Of a DNA stretch of 64,000 nt, positions 13,901 to 25,900 are shown piece after piece. Position 1 is the first letter of the stretch. The number at the start of each line of letters is the position of its first letter. Below the pieces are notes generated by a model. It was not told where the DNA came from, made no database searches, and saw only the letters and a program-made list of their open reading frames with translations. A program made the position numbers and the translations under genes. Source of the stretch: Lama glama (taxonomy: Eukaryota). Where the stretch lies: assembly GCA_028534125.1 (NCBI GenBank), contig CM052817.1, forward strand, positions 49,912,001 to 49,976,000, read 5' to 3'.

Positions 13901-16900
13901 CATATAAAGAATGTTGTATCTAACAACTGTAGAGTACACATTCTTTTCAAGAATACGTGGAAGATTTGTAAAATTGACCAAAATCTTGACTAATATTAAA
14001 GAGTACAATTATATAGATTGTGATGTCTGTTCACAATGCATTTAAGCTAGAAGTCAACACAAAAGATAATTATGAAGTTCCTCATACAATTAGAAATTTT
14101 AAAGTATACTTCAGATTAGCCCATAAGTTAAGAAAATCATAATTAAAATTGAAAAATAATAATCTAAAGCACTATGAGATGCTGTTTAAGATTAGTTAAA
14201 GTTTTACATGTGTATTTTAGAAAAGAAAACATAAAAATTAAGGAATTTTTTATTTCAGGAAACTAGGGGAACAAATAGAAGAGGAAAACTATTAGCATAG
14301 GAAACATTTCAAAAGCCAAATTCACAGGCACTAGCCAAGGACTAGCGCCAAACGCAAGCTAAAGATCAGCCCTACTGTGTTAACTTTTTCTCACATGTTA
14401 AGGATGTGAAACTATGGGGACTTTGATATACTGCTAGGTGGAGAGTAAATCAGTACATCTACTTTGGAAAACAGCTTGGCGTTATCTAATAGTTAACCCT
14501 GCCTTTCCTCTCCTAGATATATACACTGTAGAAACAACTTCATGTGTACCATGAGACATATGTAAGAATGCTCGTAAGTCTCATTATTGATAACTGTCCA
14601 AAACTGTAGAATAGCTAAATTATGGTATATTATCACAGTAGATTAGTATAATACAACAGAAATGAAAATTAATAAACAGCTATATGCATTGATATGAATA
14701 ATCTTGTAAGTATAGTTTCATTCAGAAGAAACAAGACACAGAAGACGTTCGAAATAATCCCATTTATATAAAGTTCCAAAACTGATAAAACTTAAATATG
14801 TTGTTTAAGGGTACACAAGTAAGGATTGGAAGTGTATATAATACACTGTTCATACCATAGTAGATGTTCAATAAATATTTCATAAATACATGAATCAATT
14901 TTATCTCTGAAGCAGAAATGGTGAATACCAATTTAAAAAGAAAAGTGTAGGTTTTATTATATATTATAGGGAATAAGGAAGGAAATAAGATGGCTTGTGT
15001 TTATAAAGTTTCTTTTTACTAAACAAGAGAGCCCTTTTTAGGCTTTTATATTGAGTATCAGTAGTTGAAATATGGAAATTAAATAAGCATCTAGGTATTA
15101 AACAAACATGCATTAAGCCAGCATGTGTATATGTGCATGTGTTTGTGTTCCGAAAGAAATACTTTGCAACCGTAGGGGTTCTAGAATTATTAATTTATAC
15201 TAAGCTCATCTTTCAAATGATTCTCATAAGAATCCATTGGAAAGTTCACATCTTCAAAAAGTAGTCTAATATCAAGTTTATCACTGTTCTTTCAAATAAA
15301 CTCTTGCTATTGACTTAATTACTGTATCTGACTTTTTTTTAAATTGCTAATGTGTATTTTTTGAAATTCCCATCCTGATACTACTTTGTGGCTGTTAAAA
15401 TGGATGACCTAACAAGGTCCTTTACATAATTTAACAGCTTTTATATTTAAAATAATGTTTGAAAATGCTTAATTTTAAGTCATCTAAACTCCAATGAAGG
15501 AACAAATTTTTGCCTGAGAAATCCTTTTCACAGTGAAAGGCTTCAAGTGGAGGCTGCAAACTCAAATGTCTGTAGCGGCCACTGAGGTAATAAATGAGAG
15601 GAGCAGAATGGGAACTGGGGCAAGTCTAGAGCACATAGGCCTCCCTCTAAACAAGGCAACTCCTACCCAATTCTGTTTGTAGCCGTGAGGGAATGTGTTG
15701 TGTGATGACAGATTTTCTAATTTTTCAAGGTATTTCATAGATTTGGCTATTAATTCAGACATTTTAAACACTATGCAGTTAATCCAAAACAGGTCTGTGG
15801 GCAGGATCTAGTCGCTAGGTTATTAGTTTGCAAGTAATTTTAAAAGGTTATATAATTTTGGTGAAATAATTTTTTTTTCATTGTATTTTACATGTAGTCG
15901 ACAGAGGTACGTTCTTGGAGATACAGCAATGCAGAAGATGGCCAAGTCCCATGTTTTCTTAAGTGGTATGGGTGGTCTTGGTTTGGAAATTGGTAAGCAG
16001 TATTTTTATTCATAATTTTATATGACACTTTTGAGCAAGCAAATTTTTAAAGAATTTAACTCCTTTCTCTTGTATTATTTTCTATAAAGGAAATTAGATC
16101 CACAATTTTGATCAGATTCAGTTTTGATTTTTTTTTTTTGGCAAGATTATTTCATTATACTATTACATTCTTCCACAAGGAACCAGTAATGACTCTTGCT
16201 TCTATTTTTGTGATGTTAATAGCTATTTAATGATCTTCCTCTGTATCTATTAATTCATTATGATAGACACACACATATTCATAACAGCATGTCTGGAAGC
16301 ATACATACACTAAAGTTTTGAGTGATTATCTCAGTGTGGTTTGATTATGAAAATTTTATTGTTTGCTTCTTGTTCATTTGTATTTTCTAAAGAACCTATT
16401 TCATAAGTAGTAAAAAAGTTAAAATTATTCGGTCAGAGATGTGACCAAGATCCACAAAGGTATCTAATGTACAACACAATTACTAATACTAAGCTACTCC
16501 TTTTTTTTTCCCTTTATAGCAAAGAATCTTGTTCTTGCAGGGATTAAGGTAAGTGAGTAAATGTCCTTGGTAAGAAGAATTGTCTGTTGTGAACTCTTTT
16601 TTTCTCTTCAATAATAGTAATGTTATTTTACACTTTGGCCTAACTATTGCTTCTTCATTAGTAGCTAAATTGTTTTAATGCTGTACTTTCCTCTTTAAAA
16701 AAAAAACTTTTTATTATAGAAAATCTCAAAATTATACAGAAAAAGAATAGTTTTAGTGAAACCCCATGTACCCATCATGCAGCTGCAATTATCTGCTCAT
16801 GGGCAAATTTGTTTCATGTATCTCCTTCCCATTCACCATTGACCCCTAACTGCCAAATTATTTTGATGTAAATCTCAGACATCCTGTTATATCATTAAGT

Positions 16901-19900
16901 ATTTTAGTATATACCTCTAAAAGGTAAAGGTACCTTTTAAAAACATAACCACATTATCATTTTCACATCTAAAAATGTAAGCATTTCTTCATTGTTATCC
17001 TTAGAAGTTAGGTATCTATTACTGCAAAACAAACTACCCCAAAACTTAGAAACTTAAACAACAGCACTTAGCAACTTAAACAACAGTTTCTTTGGGTCAG
17101 GAATCAGGTACAACTTAGCTTATGCCTCTTTTTGAAGGTCTCTCTCAAAGCTCTAGTCAAGATATTGACAGAGTCTGCAGTCATCTTGAGAGTAGGAGAA
17201 GGATCTGCTTCCCCAGCTGGCTTATGTGGTTATTGACATGATTCAGTGGCAAGGTTGTGCCACTTCACATATCCACCTCAGTTTCTTGCTGGCTGTTGGT
17301 CGGAGGTCACCCTCTGTTCCTTGCCTCATGGCCATCTTCATAGAGCAGCTTACAATATGGTGGTTTGTTTCATCAGAGTAAGCGAACAAGAAGACAAGAA
17401 AGGGAATGTGCTAGCAAGACAAATCACAGTCGTTTGTAACCTAATCTCAGAAGTGGCATTATATCACCTACACTGTAGCCATTAAAAGTAAGTCACTAGA
17501 AGAGGGGATTGCACAAAGGCCTGAATACCAGCAAGTGGGGATCATTGGGGCTGTCTTAGAAACTTGCGTACTATAGTCATCAAGAATCTACTCACAGTTC
17601 AAATTTTCCCAATTGTCTTATGAAAATTTTTTTAAAATTTATTTTGTTCTAATCGGGATCCAAATAAAGCTCATACACTGAACTCGGTTTCTTTTAATCA
17701 ATGGATTTTCCTTTCCTGAATTTTCTCTCTTGCGATTTACTTGTTAAAGAAAGTTGGTCATTTATCTCATATACCTCCATCCTTGTATTTCCTGTAAACT
17801 GGTAGTTATATTCAGAGAATCAGATTCAGATTTGATTCTTTTGGTTCTACTGCTTCACAGGTGATATTGGGTTCTCCCATTAAGAGGAAATAATATTCTG
17901 TTTTCTCTCTTTTTGTGATTATTACTACCTATTAATGATCATTCCCTGGATTCATTTTTTTCTTGGGGCTGTGATATTGTGATTCTGTCATTTCTTCTTC
18001 ATTTATTAGCTGAAATAGTATTTTAGAAAGAAAAGTTTCCATTTATACTTGTTTGGTTTCACTAAAGTATAGTTTGTTTATACATGTACAAAAGATAGGA
18101 GAAATGTTTGATTTTCTTCCCCCCTTTATTTTCTACTTTTCAAAATCACTGGTTTCCTATCATCCCTCAACAGTGACCAGTGAAATTTGTATGATTTGTT
18201 TGTATCATGATAACATCATGATAAACTAATGGATTTAACCATATTGAATGTCTTTTGAGCCATTGTACTTGTTATTATTCTTGATACTCAAATTGCTTCA
18301 TCTTTGCTTTGGGGGATCTTCTTCAAGTTCTTGAGTCCTTTTCACACTGCTCCAGTAGTCTTTTTGATTTTCACTGATTATAAAGTCTTATCAGTGGACA
18401 GAGCTAGAGCACTCATCATGAGTGAAAACTGAAATTTCTGAGTTTCAAGTTTAGGATTATAGGATATTTTTTCTTAGACTTTATATTTGTGTTTCTTCTC
18501 TTATATAAGGGTTTAGGTCTTAATGACATGAACCTGATTGCTTTTTACTTTACCCTGTATTCTACTTGTCTATGACATAGTTTTAGAATAACAATTCCAG
18601 CATTATTAATAGTAATATGATTATTAAAAACAATATAAGATGTTTCTTTTTAGTCCTTAGGATATAGCCCATCTGGAGCTGGCAGACAAATTAACTGCTT
18701 TTTAAGTCATGTTAAAGAATTACTTTGTGTAATTACACAGCAAATTCAAATAGTTTTGTCCATTTATTCACGTTGCCTTGGATTTTTAGGGATTGCTTTT
18801 TTAATTTGATTTAGTTTTGCTATTATATGAGACATATAATTCAAAGTCAGATTTATAAAGCAGAGTATATTCAGGTAAGTTTAGCATCTCTACCCTATTT
18901 CCTCCTTCCCTTATTAGATCACTTTCTTTTCTTAATCGCTTTTTAAATGTAAGGAAATACATACATATAGATGTGCACATCTTTGTGTGTGTGTACGTAC
19001 ATATTTATTCCCACCTGTCTTTCTTAAAATGTCATACTTACTTCTACCTTGGTTTTTATCAGTTAACAGCATTCCTTGGTATTACTCCATGGTAATAAAT
19101 ACATATATTTCAGTCTTTTTTTTTTAATAGCTGCATGGATATACATTGTGTGGATATATCATATGTAATTGTACCCAGTTCCTCATTGGTGGACATTTTA
19201 ATTATTTCCAGTCTATTGCTATTACAAATAGTGCTGCACTAATACTCTTGTACATAAGGATTTTTAAATTTTTTTCCAGTTTGTCTTTGTGATAAATTCT
19301 TAAAAGTGAGATTTCTGTGTCAAAAGATAAATGCACGTGTCATTTTGCTAACAACTGCCACATTTTTCCACTGAAGTTTTGAGCCACTTCATGTTCCCAC
19401 CAATAATGTGTGAGAATGCCTGACTCACTTCATTCTCAGCAATACAGTACATTGTCAAGCTTTTGGATTTATGCTATTCTGATGAATGAAAAAGGGAATT
19501 TCATTCTTGAGCAGGGTTGAACATGCTTCAATATACTTTTCTAAATTTACATTCTTTTACTGTTTAAAGTAATTTTTCCATGAACTTTTCTGAGTTTGTC
19601 GATGTGTATAGTCATACCATCTGTGAATGGATTTAACTTTATATAACCTTTCCAGTTCTTAGACCTTTAATTACTTTCTATTGTCTAATTACACAGGAAA
19701 TACTTCCAGTGCAGTATAAATAGTGTTGGAGATAGTGAGAATCCTTGTCTTAATCCTGACTTTAACAGATATTTTTCTCTTTTTTGAAGGCACTTACTAT
19801 TCATGATACAGAAAAATGCCAAGCATGGAACCTAGGAACCAACTTCTTTCTCTGTGAAGACGATATTGTTAATATGAGAAACAGGTGACCATAAGATATT

Positions 19901-22900
19901 TTGATATGTTATCATAGGATTTTTTTTTTGTTACTGTGGCAATTACTTAGAATATTTTCTGTATCTAAAATAATGGATCAGTAATAGTTGTTTTTAACTC
20001 ATCACCATAAATTCACTCTACCATAGACATTTAATTTATATTTGTCAAAATTTTAATACATTCGCATTGCTACCTAGGAATGAATTTCTTTAAGATTATT
20101 AAAGAGGTCTTTACTATTGCTGAATATTTGAGAGACTTAAGGAGCATTGACCTATAAGGGTACACTTTGAGATTTGTGACTTACTATGGAATACAGCAGT
20201 ATGCTACATCTCAAGATTATATAGTTTTCTATAAAGATAAATAAGTCCTAGCTTTTTTTCCCTCTCCAGTTTATAAAATTCACAGTGAAATTGTGTAATA
20301 TTCAGCTTCCTCTGATGTCATCAAAGTGCCCAGGTTTGAAAGATTGAGTATTTTTATTGAACAAAAAAGCAGTAAAGGTGTTTTGGTTTTTATTGTTTTC
20401 TGTGTGTGTGTGTGGTTTTTTTTTGTTGTTTTTTTTTTTTTAGGGCCGAAGCTGTACTTCAACATGTTGCAGAATTAAATCCATACGTTCATGTCACATC
20501 ATCTTCTATTCCTTTAAATGAAACCACAGATCTATCCTTCTTAGGTAAATACCAGGTTAGTACTCCATTTTGTATTAGATGTTATTGATAGACTCCAAGA
20601 CAAATCATTAAGTATTAATATAGTATTAACTAATTAAACCTAGTCTATTGAGCAGAACAAAAAATTTCAGGTTAAGAGACTTTTTTTTAGAATACTTTTC
20701 AGATCCTCTATTTTAGGGAAGGGGCCTATTGACAAAGTAATTATGTCAGTCAGCTATTTTCACATTATTGTGCATGAAAAACTACCTGGACTCAGTGGTT
20801 TATAGCAACATGCATTTCTTTCTCATGCATCTGCATGTCAGTTGGAGTGCAGATGTTCTAGGCTGAACTTGAACTCCACAGTCTGGGTTCTGGTCCATGT
20901 ACCACTCTTCTGGGACCAGGAGGCTACCTAAGACATGGTCTTCTAGCAGTAGCAGAAATGCAAAGGGGCAAGTGTAACCATCAAAGCACTTTCATTTCCA
21001 GCCTCTGTTTGTGTTACCTCCAGTAATATTCCATTGGGTAAAGCAAGTCATATTGTCAAGCCCAAAGTGAAGGAGCAGGAAAGTACACTCTGCCCTTCCT
21101 AAGGTCATGGGCAAAGAGTAATGTGTAACCCAATTAAAGAGGAGTGAAAAATGTGGATCAACAATTTAATCTTCATCAGGTAACAACAAAACTTCTCAGT
21201 ACCTCGGATGTTCTAAAAGTGACTGGGTTGACCCAGATTTTTCTCGTGATTAAATTATCATGTTACCCGTTGTCTAGAGGAAAAAAAAAACACTTCTGTG
21301 TTTCTTTAAGATCTCAGTACTTCTGGCACTTATGTGACTATGTGTATGTGGGTTTTCCCCCAACACCAAGCAATTCTCCAACATTCTGAACCCCTAACTT
21401 GGTGTCCCACGGTTTAATTTAGTTTTGATACTTTCTGCTGGAGATGATAGTGTCGGATCCCACAGGTTAAGGGTTCAGTCCCCCAAGAACCCACACACAG
21501 CCATCCCCCTGCTTCTGAGGACTGGCTGTAAATCAGAGGTTTCCACAACCCCCTTCTTAGGTCTGATTTATTTGCCAGTCTGTGAGAGTGGCTCACAGAC
21601 TCAGGAAAACAGTTTATTTACTAGATTACCAGTTTATTGTAAAAGGCTGTAACTCAGGAACAACCAGATAGAAGAGATGCATAGAACAAGGTATGTGAGA
21701 GGGGGTGCCAACTTCCCAATACCACCACATGTTCACATACTTGGAAATTCTCTTCAGCCCCTGATTCAGGAACTTTTATGGAGGCTTCATTATGTAAACA
21801 TGAATGATTAAAACATTTATGTAAGCATGAATGATTAAAACATTGGCCATTAATGATTAAGTCAGTCTCTAGCCCCTCTCCCTTCCCCAGAGGTCTAGGA
21901 TATGGGGCTGAAGTTCTGACTTTCAGATCATAAGGTTGGTTCCCCTAACAACCAGCCCGCATCCTTAGGGGCTTCCCAAAACTCACCTTATTAACATAAA
22001 CTCAGGTGTGGCTGAAAAGGCATGTTATGAACAAAAGACATTCATTTCACCTTTATCACTCTGGAGGTACTTCAGGAAGTAGGACTAAATGAAATATTAT
22101 AACACAAGTTGCCCTTGTAGCTCTTACGTAGAAATTATAAGAGTGTTAGGAGTTACATGCCAGGAACCTTGATTGAAGACCAAAATATATACTTCTGATT
22201 TATAATCACAATATCACACCTACTTAAAAATCAGTGTAGACTTCCATTTTTGATTGGGTAACTTGAAATCCATCCGGCTACAAAGATGCTTTGTACACTT
22301 TCTGCAGTAGAACCTGCTTAATAACCTTCCTTTTCAGTGATTACATGGGCTCAAAAAAATGTTAGGGAAGTGCTCAGAGACCAAAAATGAATCAGTAGCT
22401 AGAAGAACAGTGAACTACTCGCTGTGGTCACTTTCAGGGATAGGATTTGCCTGTCTCCGTAACCACATTTCTTAGGAATTAATGGTCACACAGAAATAAG
22501 ATACAAAATGCATCTACATGAGACAGAAAAATGTAATTGAGACCTATCACTTCTTTGTGGCTCCCTGGAACTTCAGAAAGCTACACCCTTAGGAAAAGGG
22601 TATATGAAAACAGTCTTTGCCCATCAGAACAAGAAGCTTTTCCATTTTCTCTTGAGCTTTGGATGAAACAAAGATTTTTCTCAGAATTTATAACCATAGC
22701 CATTCCCTCACACGAGTTTGGAGTGAACTTTACAATCCACTGTAGTCTAAAATTTCCCCAGCTGAGAACTTAACATAAGAAGTAGTACTGAGCTGGTGTT
22801 ACCCTGGAATGCCAGTCAGAAACAAAACTAAAATATCAAGAGGAATATACCATCAACCAGGCCACAGTATATTCCAGTATATAAAGCCTGTATGAGATTG

Positions 22901-25900
22901 TGTTTGTAATACAAAATAATATGACAGGAGAAATCAGTTCAGCATGATCAAGAATCAGTGGATGTGATAAACAATAGAATTAAACCTCCAAGAATTTCAG
23001 ATAGTAGAATTGTTGGATAGGGACTATAAAATATAGATGTTCAAACTGACTAAATCTTAAAAGAAGGGATTAAATATACAGTATGAAAATAAGACACTAT
23101 TGAAAACAACCAGGCAAATAGAGTCTGGGAGGAGACTGAGAGTCTCAACCTGCTTTTGCCATAAATATGAATAACCCTAGGGAAATATTTGACCTTTATG
23201 ATTCTAAGTTACTTATGATAAAATCTGATTATAAAACCTTCTCCACTTATCTCATAGGATGATAAAAAATTAAAGTAAGCATTGAAAATTATAATTTGCT
23301 GTGTTAAATAATAGTGCTTGTTGGTTTCAGTAATGACACTATCAAAACAAAAGTTGTTATATTGTGAATCTGTTAAATCTGAAGTAAAAGCTAAATCAAC
23401 TAATGTATCTCTTTAAAAATGTAATTGTTATCCCTTTATGCTAGTACTGAATTTATATTCTGATGACTAGGTTAGTATTTCTCTAGCAGTAACAGATAAA
23501 ATCTCCAACCATTTGAGGTATATAAATAACACATAGGATTTTAAGGTTTGCTTCTAACTGTGAAGCCTGTGATGGTAATTGAATTTAATGTGGGCAGATT
23601 TTCCCCTATGTATACTATGCCATTTTATATAAGGGTCTTGAGTATCTGCAGATTTTGGTATCCACAGGAGATTCTGGAACCAATCCCCTATGGATACCTA
23701 GAGTTGGCTGTGTATGTTACTTTTACTTTTGCTATTCTGTACCTCTGAAGGTGTTAACCTTAAAATAGAATATAATAAGAGTAATTTTTTGCAAGGAAAA
23801 CAGTGCATTTTTAGCATAGTGAAAACTATGTGAAATGCTTCTGATTTAGAAGTTGTACATCACCAAAATAATTGTTTATTTTCTAATATTTAGTTTCTTG
23901 TATTCTTCTCAACAGTGTGTAGTTCTGACTGAGATCAAACTTCCATTGCAGAAGAAGATTAATGACTTTTGCCGTTCTCGGTGCCCTCCAATTAAGGTAA
24001 TAGTGTTACTTAATAATGACATAGTTTACCAGAGAAAAAATCACTTTCACTATTAGAATTTGTAGCTTTTCAGTGAGTTTCATGAGGAATTCTTTTTACA
24101 TAAGGACAGTCACATTATTTTTCTTTTTAATTTTGGTATCATAATCATTTCCTATTTTTAAAATGAGGATCTAAATTTGGTTTATAGGCAAATTGCCAAA
24201 ACTAAGGAGGAATTAAGATTAGCAGTGTAAAGAATGATAAATATTGAACTCATCATCTCACTTTAAATATGGTATGATGGTGGTTTTCAAGAAGTTCATT
24301 GTTTCTTTTAACAAATAATTAAGCATATGTCTACTGTGTACAAGATACAGTTCTGGGCACTAGGAATACATTCATGAATAGGACATACAGATTTTCCAGT
24401 TCATGAAAATTCCTTCTACTAGGAAAGATATATAATAAACTGGCAAATAAATACACAGTTTCAAGTCTTGTGGGAAAAAAAGCTAGGTAGAATGTCTAAA
24501 TGATGTTGGGAGGGGCTGGTGCTGATTCTCTTAGATTGAGGTCAAGGAAGTTCTCTCTGAAGAGATGACATTTGAATAGAGCCTTGAATTATGAGAAAGA
24601 TCCGGCTATGTAAAGATCTGGGGAAGAATATTCAAAACATAGGGAAGAACATTCAAAACATAGGGAACAACAGCTGTAAAGATTTGTAAATGCAAAAATT
24701 CACATAGTGTGTTTGACCAGAATGGAGTTTGGGTAGAAGGGAGAGAGTAATAGGAGAAAGGATACCAGAAGACTGAGTTCAGAGAAGTAGTTAGAGGGCT
24801 GTATCTTACAGATCTTTGAGGATATCTGAGTTCTAAGCTTTTGAGTTTCAGTCTGGTTTATATTTTTAAATGATCACTCTGGCCATGCTGTATGGAGAAT
24901 AGATCAGTAGTTTTCAGAGTGTGGTATAAGGATACTGAGGGTCTCTGAGACTTTGATGGGGTCTGCAAAGTTGAAGAACTGTTTTTATAATATTACTGAA
25001 ATGTTACTTGCTTTTTTTCACTCTTATTCTCTTATGGGGTACAGTGGAGTTTCCAGAGTCTGTATGATGTGTGGTGACATTATTGCTCTGATAGCTAATG
25101 GAAGGTGTGTGTATATTCTTGTGTTTTAAGTATTTCTCAGTTTTAATTTCTAACACAGTAAATTACCAGTAGGTATAACCCACATAAACAAAAGCTCTTT
25201 GGGTCATTAATAATTTTTAAGAACATGAAGGGATCATGAAACCAAAAAGAAAGAAAACTGTTGAAATTGTAAGAGCAGAGGTGACTAGACCAGTTAGGAG
25301 CTAATGCAGTAAGTAGCCCAAGTGAGACATGCTGGTGGTGCCTTATTCAAAAGAGTTGGGAATAGAGATTGTGAGAAGTCATTGAACTGAGGAATTTGAG
25401 GAAGACTAACAGAATTGAGAATAGATGAATGAGAGCTGTGAAGGAAAGTGTGATGAAGAATGACTCCTAGATTTTTGCCCAGAGTAGTTAGGTGAGTATT
25501 GATGACATTGGGAAGACTGGGAAGAGGTTTAGATGGGAAAAATCATAAACCATGCCCTGCAATTAAATACATATTACTAACTCCACCTCCTTTGTGGGGC
25601 CATTTCTTGCTTTGGAAAAGGAAAATGCTGTTTGTTCCTTTCAGATAGGCACTAAGCCATGATCTTACTGTATAAAATAGTTGTGCTAAAAATTTTGGAT
25701 TGTGGTATTTACATAGTATATTTATATTCTGTAGAACATTTGTGCTCTGGTTCACAATTTAAATTAAGCAGATGAACAAGACACAAAGTAGTCAGTAAAT
25801 TTATAACAGGAAACAAAAGTTTTACAAAATAATTACACTAGGTAATAAACTAAAATCTTTGTTTATGTGATTGATATATATATATATATATTCATACTTT

